Shown here: piece after piece, positions 24,313 to 34,200 of the stretch
How the letters are laid out: each line of letters opens with the position of its first letter
Numbering within the stretch: position 1 is the stretch's first letter
Assembly (NCBI GenBank): GCA_043815885.1
Contig: JBDRIL010000029.1
Span: 3,249-67,248, forward strand
DNA from: an archaeon
Lineage (GTDB): Archaea; Iainarchaeota; Iainarchaeia; Iainarchaeales; 1-14-0-10-31-34
Direction: 5' to 3'
DNA: 64,000 bases
Program-made: the position numbers and the translations under genes
The notes under the pieces: model-generated
Seen by the model: the letters and a program-made list of their open reading frames with translations, nothing else
Told to the model about the DNA's origin: nothing
Databases searched by the model: none

Positions 24313-26694
24313 TTATTTCTTTTTGCTTGGTTTTTTCTTTTTTACTTTTTCTATTTGTTTTTCTTCCTTGATTAGACTGATTATTTCGTCTGCTGAAGGG
24401 ATTTTTTCGTCTTTTAATTCCTTTTCCGCCTGTTCGGCCCGCTTCTTTAGCTTGAATTCATCTAATTTGTATTTATCCAGTGCCTTTTTGTAGTCTTCTC
24501 CTGTAATCAACTTTTTTTCCTTCAGTATTTTTAGGTCTCTCAGTGATTTTTCCCTTGCTGAAAATTCCACTCTCAATCTATCGATTTCAATTGCATGCTT
24601 GGACCTGAAACTTATTTCTTTATTCAGTACATCCATTTGTTTCTTGTATCTTGCCATGAGTTCATCGTGCTTTTCTTCGCTTATCTTTCCATCTGAAAAA
24701 GCAGTATCAATCCTTCTCTGCAATGACATCAATCTGTGCAGTTGCCCTTCCAGGGAATACTTCTTCTTTGAATAAACTCTTGTAAGAATGACTGCTTCCA
24801 TCATTACAATGAATAAAAGGATAACGAACAGGGAAATGACTCTTGCAAACGCCTGCTGGTCAAAGGCTTCAGTGAACTGGTATTTCTTTTCTAATTGAGG
24901 AAGGCCTCCCTCAGTAACATAGTCTTCCGGAGAGAATTGCTCATAATAAATGTAAATCTCTTTAGAGACACTGAAAAGGTTTTCTGCCAAGAGAACGAGA
25001 TTAAAACCGCTCTTGGCTTGTTCTATTGCCTTGCTTCCATAGCCTTCATTGTAATAGAATTCAGAGGAATTATAGTAGTATTTTGCATGGTCCAAATAAA
25101 GCCTGCCCCAGACAAACTTTCTTATTCCCTTTTTTTCTTTCTCCATTTCCCCTTCCAGATAATCAATTTTTTCCTTTAGCATTGAATGTATTTCACTGAA
25201 GTCCTTGTCCTTTAATTTAATATAGGAATCAATTAAAGCAAAGGAAGAAGCTGAATCAAATGCAGTGGCTAAATACCATCCCATTTCCTGTTCTTTTTTT
25301 GCTGCATTAAGCCTTCTCTCTGCATCCCCTAATTCGTCTCCTTCAGCTATACTTAACCCGTTTTCAGAATTAACAATGTAATTGCTTGAGAAGTCCTTGA
25401 ATGCGTCATCCTTCCTTACCTTTGCATTACTTTCAGTGGTTCTTGCATGGAATTCCCTTGATGCCTCAAACCATGCAACAGCAAATTCATATTCCTGAAT
25501 TTTTTTTATTGTTTCAGCTTCACTTATTTCTCCAGTGGTTACATCAACAACTAAAGTCTTTTCTCCGGTTATTTCATCTATGTTATTCATTGCCCATGCA
25601 AGCCTCTGCTGGGCCGCGATATGCCATTCAATTAAATCAATTGGAACAGTCATGTCAAGATTGGTTTTAAGGCCCTGGATATTCTTTCTCAAGTCATTTA
25701 CTTTCAGCTTGAATACCTCTGAATCAGATTGAAGCAATGAAGGATTATCTGCAATATCCTTTACCATTGAAGCATAAACCTTTGCAATAAATGCATTGTT
25801 TGCTGCAGAATACAGGTAATTGTTTTCAAACATTGCCTCTGTTTCCTGAAGGCTTTGTTCTGCCAGATTAAGTGTTGAAAGAAGGAATGAGATTTCAGCC
25901 TGGTCTTCTATTGCAGTGGTTTCCATTGACTTTCTTGCTTGCTCTATTTTTACCTTGGTTTCCTCTATAATGTTCGCAGTTATTTCATGCATTGGCCTTA
26001 GCTCTTCCACAAAGGCTGTTGGTTCCGGAGAGAATTGTTTTTCTGGAACTGCCCCTTTATTAATGTCAATCTCCTCCCAATCAGAAAACGCGATTTCCAG
26101 TACCTCATCAATTGAATCAACTTCAACCACCTTTATCCCCCATTCCTCAAAAGCGTGGTCAATCAGGTTAATGTTTTTCACTGAACCTTCTTCCCTGATG
26201 ATTTGCTTTGCCTCCCCTTTTGGAATCATGAATAAGGTTATTCCTTCCTCTGAAGCCTTTCTTGTTTTCTGGAAGACGCCTCCAACACTTCCCACTCTGG
26301 CGGCCTCTGTAACAGTTCCAGTAATGGATACCTCGCCGCTTAAAGGCAAGTCCTTGAGCATTGAAATCGTAAGCAATGCCATTGCTGCTCCAGCACTGGG
26401 GCCTTCAACAGCAGAAGCACTTGAATCAATATCAAATAAGTAATCATATTTATCCACTCCATCAAAGTAATTCTTTGAAACCCTTACTGCAGTCTTTTCA
26501 GCACTCTGGGTAGTGGTTCCAACCAATGGAGTTAAATTACTCCAAATCTCTCCAGTGCCGGGAATAATATTCAAATACAAATCAGCTACAACAGGATTTC
26601 CATCAGAGGTAATTGCAAAAATCTTCATATGCCCTTTAGGAAGAACCGCGAAAGCATTCACTGAAAACAGTAAAAGCAAAAACCAGTAAAACAA
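24313..26694 (-). CDS. secreted, membrane-anchored S16 (Lon-type) peptidase-domain protein with a cytoplasmic SHOCT-like coiled-coil tail
   Basis: Signal peptide (MFYWFLLLLFSVNAFA). Lon proteolytic domain motifs (EGPSAGAAMALLTISML...GGVFQKTRKA) with no AAA+ Walker motifs. One TM helix (FARVISLFVILLFIVMMEAVILT). C-terminal GKISEEKHDELMARY and LITGEDYKKALDKY SHOCT-like motifs. Confidence 0.65.
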   Translation of the reverse strand: MFYWFLLLLFSVNAFAVLPKGHMKIFAITSDGNPVVADLYLNIIPGTGEIWSNLTPLVGTTTQSAEKTAVRVSKNYFDGVDKYDYLFDIDSSASAVEGPSAGAAMALLTISMLKDLPLSGEVSITGTVTEAARVGSVGGVFQKTRKASEEGITLFMIPKGEAKQIIREEGSVKNINLIDHAFEEWGIKVVEVDSIDEVLEIAFSDWEEIDINKGAVPEKQFSPEPTAFVEELRPMHEITANIIEETKVKIEQARKSMETTAIEDQAEISFLLSTLNLAEQSLQETEAMFENNYLYSAANNAFIAKVYASMVKDIADNPSLLQSDSEVFKLKVNDLRKNIQGLKTNLDMTVPIDLIEWHIAAQQRLAWAMNNIDEITGEKTLVVDVTTGEISEAETIKKIQEYEFAVAWFEASREFHARTTESNAKVRKDDAFKDFSSNYIVNSENGLSIAEGDELGDAERRLNAAKKEQEMGWYLATAFDSASSFALIDSYIKLKDKDFSEIHSMLKEKIDYLEGEMEKEKKGIRKFVWGRLYLDHAKYYYNSSEFYYNEGYGSKAIEQAKSGFNLVLLAENLFSVSKEIYIYYEQFSPEDYVTEGGLPQLEKKYQFTEAFDQQAFARVISLFVILLFIVMMEAVILTRVYSKKKYSLEGQLHRLMSLQRRIDTAFSDGKISEEKHDELMARYKKQMDVLNKEISFRSKHAIEIDRLRVEFSAREKSLRDLKILKEKKLITGEDYKKALDKYKLDEFKLKKRAEQAEKELKDEKIPSADEIISLIKEEKQIEKVKKKKPSKKK

Positions 26695-26883
26695 ATAATT
26701 TCTTCAAAACACTACACCATTCAACAAACAATCCAATTACTATTAATAAATAAAAAGGAATTTAAATAGTTAATGGATTCCAAGTCCCCTGTTTTCGAGT
26801 TAAATTTATTAATTAGAAAAAGCCCTTAACATTCATTCAGTGGAAGCTAAAACAAAAAAGAAAGAAAAAGAAAAAGAGGGCTT

Positions 26884-27186
26884 TTAGCCGAATAATGCGC
26901 CTAGTCCTGCTGCAGCTTCTTCTTCGGTTTTCTTTTCTTCTTCTTCGGATTTTTCTTCTTTCTTTGCTTCCCCGCCTGCAGTTTGGGCCGGAGCTGCTGC
27001 AACTGGGGCAACTGAAGCTGACTTGATTGCTTCCTCGATGTTTACATCCTTCAAAGAAGCAACTAAAGCCTTCACCCTGCCTGAATCAGGCTTGATTCCA
27101 GCGGCCTCCATTACAGAAGTAACTGACTTCTCGTCAATAGGCTTTTTTGCTGCATGCAAGAGCATTGCCGAATACACGTACTCCAT
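26884..27186 (-). CDS. rpl12: ribosomal stalk protein aP1 (L12e)
   Basis: MEYVYSAMLLHAAKK N-terminus, Ala/Glu-rich hinge, canonical C-terminal GLGALFG. Confidence 0.9.
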   Translation of the reverse strand: MEYVYSAMLLHAAKKPIDEKSVTSVMEAAGIKPDSGRVKALVASLKDVNIEEAIKSASVAPVAAAPAQTAGGEAKKEEKSEEEEKKTEEEAAAGLGALFG

Positions 27187-27218
27187 GAGTCATTCCTCCT
27201 TTTCAATTAAAATAAAAA

Positions 27219-28502
27219 TTATTTCTTCTCCTTTTTTTTGGTTTCTTTCTTTTCTACTGGTTTCTCTTCTTTCTTGGGTTTCTTTTTTGCTTCTTCTTTT
27301 TTTCCAGTCTTTTTTTCTTCCATCTTTGGTTTCTCTTCTTTCTCTTTTTCTTCCTTTGGTTCCTCTTCTTTTGCGCCACTGCTTTTTCTAAAAGCGGTGT
27401 CTTCTTTCTTTGGTTTTTCCTTTGCTTCTTTTTCTTCAACTTTAGGTTTTTCTTTTATTTCTTTTTTCTCCTCGCCTTTCTTCTCTTCTGGCTTCTCCTC
27501 TTTTTTTGGGTCTTCCTCGGGTTTCTTTTCTTCTTTTGCGCCACTGCTTTTTTCAAAAGCGGTGTCTTCCTTTTTCTCTTCTTTAGAGTCTTCTTTCTTT
27601 TCTTCAGCTTTCTCTTCTTTGGCTTCCTTTTTTTCCTCTTTAGATTCTTTTGTTGCTTCGGGTTCCTTCACCATTGATTTCAGTGAATCTGCCTGAAGGT
27701 TTGCCTTTCCGAGAAGATTGCTGATTGTTTCCTTGTTGAAGATTTCTGCATCCAATGCAACACTAAGGGAATCCCTGTATGCCTTGGACAAAAACAGCTT
27801 TATTGTGTCTTCATTAGTGTAATAAATATTTAAAGCCAGATTGAGTGAATTCCTGTAGGCTTGCTGGAAGTCACTGAACAGCTCGTCTATATCAATGTCC
27901 ATTACTTCTGCCTTGAATATCTCTCCCTTTTCATATACTGCAATTACATTTAATCCAACCTTTATTGGCTTAATATTCAGTTTCTGGAGAGTGCCTGAAA
28001 CAACCTTTGAGATTTCTTCTCCTTTCCTGCATACAGTCTTGTCTTCTGAAATAAAGATTGAGCTTCCCTGAATCCTTACCTTTAATCCTGCTCCCTTTAA
28101 GTCACTTAGTGCAGGGCCTGGAGGCAAACCAGTATCTCCTGCAGGAACAAGGATATCATCAGGGGCAATTATTCCGGGTTTTGCTGAAACCCTTCCTTTA
28201 TTCTTTTTAATTAAAGCATAGAGTTCAAATGGATTCATTTGAGTGAAGATTATTGCAACTGAGCCTTTAACTTCTTCAAGCAATTTGCTTTCCTTTAGCT
28301 TTGATTCCTTTAATGCATTTAGTATTACTCTGGTTTTGGAAACCTTTATTACTGCTTTATCATGCAATAACTTCCTTATGTCCTGGAAGAGGTTGGCTGG
28401 AAATCCAGTAATATCAGCTACAGCAATAACCGGATAACTCTCAATTAACTGTTTTAATTCAGTTACTTCCTTTTTCTTCCATTCAGTTGTATGACGGGTC
28501 AT
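27219..28502 (-). CDS. rplP0: ribosomal stalk protein aP0 (uL10) with an expanded K/E-rich C-terminal tail
   Basis: uL10 N-domain (VIAVADITGFPANLFQDIRKLL). The tail of ~150 aa is K/E repeats carrying two copies of EDTAF(E/R)KSSGAKEE and ends KKEKK rather than GLGALFG. Confidence 0.85.
   Translation of the reverse strand: MTRHTTEWKKKEVTELKQLIESYPVIAVADITGFPANLFQDIRKLLHDKAVIKVSKTRVILNALKESKLKESKLLEEVKGSVAIIFTQMNPFELYALIKKNKGRVSAKPGIIAPDDILVPAGDTGLPPGPALSDLKGAGLKVRIQGSSIFISEDKTVCRKGEEISKVVSGTLQKLNIKPIKVGLNVIAVYEKGEIFKAEVMDIDIDELFSDFQQAYRNSLNLALNIYYTNEDTIKLFLSKAYRDSLSVALDAEIFNKETISNLLGKANLQADSLKSMVKEPEATKESKEEKKEAKEEKAEEKKEDSKEEKKEDTAFEKSSGAKEEKKPEEDPKKEEKPEEKKGEEKKEIKEKPKVEEKEAKEKPKKEDTAFRKSSGAKEEEPKEEKEKEEKPKMEEKKTGKKEEAKKKPKKEEKPVEKKETKKKEKK
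27369..27404. repeat. 36-nt hairpin repeat copy in the P0 tail (encodes DTAFRKSSGAK)
   Basis: TTTTGCGCCACTGCTTTTTCTAAAAGCGGTGTCTTC; 35/36 identical to 27534-27570 and 10103-10138. Confidence 0.8.
27534..27570. repeat. 36-nt hairpin repeat copy in the P0 tail (encodes DTAFEKSSGAK)
   Basis: TTTTGCGCCACTGCTTTTTTCAAAAGCGGTGTCTTCC. Confidence 0.8.
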
Positions 28503-29179
28503 TTCTTTTCCACCACTAGAGGATAAATTTTAATCGGAGGGCCCATTGTAAGCTTAACGAAAACACTCTTCACGTTATTCTTTTTTCCCTCCAACTTTGA
28601 TTCAATTGCCTCATAGACAGTTAAAATGTTTTCAGTTAATTGTTCGTCAGGCATTTTTTCCTTTCCAACAGACAAATGCACTACAGGCATAAACTTTCCC
28701 TTTTTATTGGAGATTCTGGTTGAAGTAGCAGCAGATTCAACTAAAGATTTAACTGCATTAACGTTTGCCGGTACAGGCTTAGGCATTTTTCCTTTTGGAG
28801 CAAGAGCCTGCCCCAAAAACTTTCCAACAGTAATCATTGCAGGGCCTTCTGCGAGCAATACATCAAAAGAAGCAATTAATTCCTGCAACTTTTTCTTGTT
28901 CTTGCTTAAAGCTTCAATCTGTTCTTCCAGTATTACTTCTGCACCGATTTCCTTCAATTGAGTAGCAAACGGCTTGTCCTTTACAAACACCACAAAAGAA
29001 CTCTTTCCCTTTGCACCAGTACTGTGAGGCAATTTAACTTCCACATCCAGCCTGTTCTCTGCCTTCTTGAAGTCAAGCCCCTTAAAGTTAATAGTTAAAT
29101 CCACTGACTGCTCAAACTTTCTGCTCTTTGACTGGTCCCGAGCCTTCTGCAATGCAGCCAATACTTCTTTTTTATTCAC
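28499..29179 (-). CDS. rpl1: ribosomal protein uL1
   Basis: LDVEVKLPHSTGK and conserved L1 core; overlaps the P0 start (operon). Confidence 0.9.
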   Translation of the reverse strand: MNKKEVLAALQKARDQSKSRKFEQSVDLTINFKGLDFKKAENRLDVEVKLPHSTGAKGKSSFVVFVKDKPFATQLKEIGAEVILEEQIEALSKNKKKLQELIASFDVLLAEGPAMITVGKFLGQALAPKGKMPKPVPANVNAVKSLVESAATSTRISNKKGKFMPVVHLSVGKEKMPDEQLTENILTVYEAIESKLEGKKNNVKSVFVKLTMGPPIKIYPLVVEKK

Positions 29180-29306
29180 TCTAAAAAAACCTCCTGCAAA
29201 ACTTTTCCGAAAAGTTTTATCAAAAAACCCTTCGGGATGGCAGTAATAACGGATTAAAATTAAGATTTAATAATAAATAAGTGAAAAAAAGGGTTTAAAA
29301 AGGGTG

Positions 29307-29663
29307 CTATTTAATGCCGTGCCTTCTCTTCAACAACTCAATCCGCGCTTTCTGAGCATCACTTAATTGAAATGGTTTTTTAGGCTCCAGACGAATTCTT
29401 CTCTCTCTTTCTCTTGATCTTCTCTTAGCATCTTCATAAATCATATCCTTATAAAGGTTTTTTGCCTCTCCCTGAATCCTTTCTATTGTTGCAGGAGGAA
29501 GCCCGTCAAGCAATGCTGAAATCGTTTCTTGCATTTGTAGTTTGAATCTTCCTACTATTATCTTAGTTCTGGCTTTCCTTCCAAGTTTAAGCAATTCAAG
29601 TTTTAGTCTAAAAATTTGTTCAGCTTTTTCTAGTAATTCCGGAGGCAGAGGTTCTTTTTCCAT
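29307..29663 (-). CDS. hypothetical basic coiled-coil protein
   Basis: 118 aa, Arg/Lys-rich C-terminus; no family recognised. Confidence 0.3.
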   Translation of the reverse strand: MEKEPLPPELLEKAEQIFRLKLELLKLGRKARTKIIVGRFKLQMQETISALLDGLPPATIERIQGEAKNLYKDMIYEDAKRRSRERERRIRLEPKKPFQLSDAQKARIELLKRRHGIK

Positions 29664-29689
29664 TCAAATAAATTAAGAAGGAAGGTAAT

Positions 29690-30937
29690 TTATTTAGTTT
29701 TTGTTTGGGGAAGCTTTTTCTCTATTTTTACGCGGAGGATTTTTGGGGTTTTTACTTTTACTGCAGTGAATTTGTGGTTTCCGACCATTACGCTTTCGCT
29801 TTCCTTTGGAAGCCTGTCCAGTTTTTCTATAATAAAGCCGCTGACTGTATCAAAGTCAATGGAAGAGAACTTGGTTTTAAGTATTGAATTGACTTCCTTT
29901 AATGGGATGTTTCCATTTACTTCAATCGTGTTTTCATTGATTTTGTTTATTTCAGGGACAATGTCTGTTTCATCCACTATCTCTCCAACTATTTCCTCCA
30001 GTAAATCCTCTAAAGTAACCACTCCAAGAACTGTTCCGTGTTCGTCTACAACTACTGCAATGTGAATGTGTTTTTTCTGGAATTCGGAAAGCAATTTATC
30101 TATTTTTTTAGTGCGCGGAACAAACATTACCTCCCGCATTATATCCCTTAATCTAGTGTCGGTTTTTCCTTCAGCCAGATAAGTCCAGGCATCCTTTACA
30201 TAAAATATTCCGATAATCTGTTCAGTGTTTTTTTCGTAAACAGGAATTCTGGAGAAAGGAGTTTCAGCCAAAAAATCCTTTACCTCTGCAATGGTCTGGC
30301 TTGCTTCAAGGCCCTTCATTTCACTTCTGGGAGTCATTACCTCCGAAACCTGTAAATCATTGAATTTGAATATCTTGTAAATCATTTTCTTTTCCTCTTC
30401 CTCTATTGCTCCTTGTTCTGCACCCATTGTAACCATCATTCTGACGTCTTCTTCTGTCATGGGTTCTTCTCTGGCTCCAATTACCCTGGTAATGAGTCTG
30501 GTGATGCCCTGCAATACCCATATAAGCGGAGTTAGAAGAATGGAGAGAAAATGAATTATTCTGATTGAAAACAAGGCAATTACTTCAGAGTTCTGTACAG
30601 CAATGCTCTTTGGGGTTATTTCCCCAAATACAAGAATAAGAAAAGTCATTATTCCCACAGCAATGCTTACTCCATAGCTCTGGAATATATTTAATGCAAT
30701 AGAGGTAGTGATTGCAGCAGCAGCAACATTCACTACATTATTTCCAACAAGAATAGTGATTAAAATCTTGTGAGGGTTCTGCTTGAATTCATTCAATAGT
30801 TCAGCGCTTCTGGAACCCTTCTTAAGCAATCGCTTAACCCTCACCCTGCTCAGAGAAATGAGTGCGGTCTCAACAGAGGAAAAAAATCCGCTCAGGATTA
30901 AGAGGACTGCAAGAATAATTAAATTTGTTTCAAGCAT
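29690..30937 (-). CDS. CNNM/CorC-HlyC family transporter (DUF21 TM domain, CBS pair, CorC_HlyC)
   Basis: N-terminal DUF21 helices (LILSGFFSSVETALISLS), a tandem CBS region, and a C-terminal transporter-associated domain. Confidence 0.8.
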   Translation of the reverse strand: MLETNLIILAVLLILSGFFSSVETALISLSRVRVKRLLKKGSRSAELLNEFKQNPHKILITILVGNNVVNVAAAAITTSIALNIFQSYGVSIAVGIMTFLILVFGEITPKSIAVQNSEVIALFSIRIIHFLSILLTPLIWVLQGITRLITRVIGAREEPMTEEDVRMMVTMGAEQGAIEEEEKKMIYKIFKFNDLQVSEVMTPRSEMKGLEASQTIAEVKDFLAETPFSRIPVYEKNTEQIIGIFYVKDAWTYLAEGKTDTRLRDIMREVMFVPRTKKIDKLLSEFQKKHIHIAVVVDEHGTVLGVVTLEDLLEEIVGEIVDETDIVPEINKINENTIEVNGNIPLKEVNSILKTKFSSIDFDTVSGFIIEKLDRLPKESESVMVGNHKFTAVKVKTPKILRVKIEKKLPQTKTK

Positions 30938-31122
30938 TTCTAATTCACTTGAAATAATAAAGCGTTAATTCTTTATAAATTATGCTCTTTTATGTAAAAA
31001 AAAGCTTGTCCCTAATGGATTGCAGGTTAGGATTTCTGCGTCTGGGAAAGGGAAAAATAGGGAAAAATCGTTAAAAAATCGAACCAAATGTTTAAATATA
31101 AGGTGAGGCAATAATATAAAGG

Positions 31123-31140
31123 CACACAATATATAGTGTG
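31123..31140. promoter_or_regulatory. NrdR-box-like palindrome CACACAATATATAGTGTG in the nrdD promoter
   Basis: Matches the bacterial NrdR box consensus acaCwAtATaTwGtgt. It lies 64 nt upstream of the ATG, beside AT-rich TATA-like sequences. Confidence 0.55.
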
Positions 31141-31203
31141 TTTTTGGTGGAGTAGGCTCAATATACGGGGTTTTTCTGGTATTAATGTTATATAGGTGAG
31201 AGA

Positions 31204-34200
31204 ATGAAGTGTCCTTATTGCGGGAGTGAAGAAAGCAAGGTTGTGGATAAGAGGGAAACAGATGATTTGGTTAGCAATAGAAGGAGGAGAGAGTGCCTTA
31301 AGTGCAGTAAAAGGTTCACTACATATGAAAGAATTGAAAGGATTGAATTGAATGTAGTGAAAAAGGATGGAAGAAGGGAAGCATTCAATAGGGAGAAACT
31401 GATTACTGGGATAACTAAAGCATGCGAGAAAAGGCCTGTTGGAAGGGAAAAAATTGAAGCAATAGTGAATGAAATTGAATCAGAACTGCTTCAAAGAAAG
31501 GAGACAGAAATTCCTTCAAGAGAGATTGGAGAACTGGTAATGCAGAGACTGAAGAAACTGGATGAGGTTGCATTCATTAGGTTTGCTTCAGTGTACAAGA
31601 CTTTTACTGATGTAGCTGAATTTGAGAGAGAGCTGAAAAATTTAAAGGTTGTAGAGGAAAAGTCCTCAGGAGATTCTACAGATATATTGCTGCAAGTGGC
31701 TACTCATGCAGCTGGATCCACAATTGGGTGGAGAAGGAGCAGGATAACTGAAGCATTAATGAAGGAAGCTGATTTAAGCAAGGACAATGCAGAAGAAATC
31801 GCCCAGTCAGTTGAAAAAAAGGTTTTTGCTTCAGGAATAAAGACTATTTCTGTTTCACTGATAAGGGAATTAGTGGATAATGAATTGTTTGTTAGGGGAT
31901 ATGAGAAGAAGCTGGAGAAACAGGGATTAATTGGAATGCCTTCCTATAATTTGAATCAATTAATCTATAACATGAGTCTGGAGAACAGCAATGTTCGTTC
32001 AAACAGCCCTGAAGCAATTAATTTAGCGATTGCAGAGAATGCATTAAAGCAGTATGCTTTAAGAGAGATATTTTCGAAAGAAGTATCCAATGCTCACTTA
32101 AAGGGAGCACTGCATTTGCATGACTTGGGTTATCCTATCCGCGTGTATTGTTCAGCGCATTCGCTTGAATTCATTAAAAAATATGGTTTAAGGCTGATCA
32201 ATCTTTCAACTGCATCTACCCCGGCAAAACACGCCCATACTTTAACTGGGCACTTGAATACATTTCTTGCCTCAATGCAGGCATACTATGCTGGAGCATT
32301 AGGAATAAGTTTTGTGAACGTATTCTATGCCCCTTACTTTGTCGGAGCCGACTACAAGGAAATGAGACAGCAAGCACAATACCTTATTTTTTCGTGTTCA
32401 CAGAATGCATTCTCTAGAGGCGGACAATCACTTGTTCCTGAGGAAACAATCTGGGTAAAGGAAGGAGAGAAATTAAAGCAAGCAGGGATAGGGGAATTGG
32501 TTGATGAATTTATTGAATTGGATGAGAGAAAGGAAGAATTAATTGACGGGACAGAGATAAGCAGGAACAACTTCAAGGGAATTGAAGCAATTTCCTTTGA
32601 CGAGGAAGGAAAGATTAGCTGCAAGAAGATAAGTGCTTTTGCAAGGATTCCATTCAAGGGAAAAATCTATTCAATTACCACGAATAAAGGAGAAGTGAAG
32701 GGAGTTACTGGAAGCCATTCAGTGTTTGTATGGAATGGAAGGAAATTTGAAGCAAAAAAGGCAGAAGAGTTGAGGAGAAATGATTACATTGTAACTGCTT
32801 TAAAGGCAAAAGGATTAGTGGGAGAAAGGAATGAACTGGATTTAATTGAATTTTATTTGAACAGGAAGGAAGCAGAAAACGAGGTAAGGGTCTATGATAC
32901 AGAGGAAAGATTCAAGAAGGCATTAATGGAGAGATACGGAAGAAGTTTCTATAAGGAATTTGAAAAAGATACTGGAGTTAAAGCTGAATGCGTTAGGAGC
33001 AATTGGTTGAGATACAAAAAAATTCCGTTAAAGTATTACTTTGAGTTTGTTGGAAACCCCGAAGAAGAAAAACTGATTTACAAGGGAGACAGCCAGACAG
33101 TGTTTCCAGCAAGAAGCAAGGTAACTAAAAGTCTAGTGAAATTGCTTGGATATTATGTGAGTGAAGGACACAATAGTCTGAGAAGCAGAAGCTTTATTGC
33201 AGTAAGCAATAAGGAAGAAAAATTCATTGAGAGCGTGAAGGAATGCCTGAATGAATTGAGTTATCATTACATAGTGAATGAAAATAAAAGGAATGGAGTG
33301 AAAACAGTTGTAATTCAAGGCATTCTTGCAAAAATCATTAGTGATTTAGGGGAAGAGGAAAATGGAGTGAAGAAGATTCCATTCATTATTTATAATGCAT
33401 CAAAGGAATTGCAGAAAGAATTCCTGAATGCATTCCATGAAGGAGATGGATTAAAGAGAAGGAACAGTTATGCAATAGCAAATACCTCTGAAAATGTAGT
33501 GAATGGAATCTCGCTTCTTATGGCAATGAATGAAAAAGACTTCCATTTATTCAAGAGAACTTATGCGAATGAAAAATGGAAGCCTTGCTATGAATTAAGG
33601 GAATCATTAATGGATAACAGGGTAATAGACCACAAAATAAGCAGGGAATTAATTGGAAGAAAAGGGTTTAGAAAGGAATTAAAGAATTTGAGTGCTGACA
33701 TTGAAAGCAAAGGAGGAACAAAAACTCAACAAATTCAGTTGCTTCAAATGTTAATGGAAGCAGAGGTTGGGTTTGCAAGAATAAAGGAAATCAATACCTG
33801 TGATTATGAGGGATTTGTTTATGATGTAAGTGTTCCGGGAAATGAATCATTTTTAGGAGGCACTGGATTAATCTTCTTCCATAACACTCTATTTATCGAT
33901 TTTAATATTCATTTAGGGATTCCTGAATTTTTGAAAAAGGTTCCGGCAATCGGTCCAGGAGGAAAGTATACTGGAAAGACTTATGAAGAGTATGAAAAGG
34001 AAGCTCAATTGTTTGCTAAGGCTTTAATGGATGTATGGAGAGAAGGAGACGGAGATGGAAAGCCTTTTCCTTTCCCTAAACTGGATCTGCACGTTAATCA
34101 GGAAAGCTTTGACGATCCAAGACAGTTTGAGTTATTGAAGTATGCTTGCTTGATTTCTTCAGAGAATGGAGCTCCTTACTTTGCATTTGACAGGGATGCA

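Noticed and set aside
27238-27696. Plus-strand 152-aa and minus-strand 61-aa ORFs in the P0 tail
   Set aside because: These are alternate-frame or antisense artefacts of the K/E repeat region. P0 in frame is continuous and conserved.
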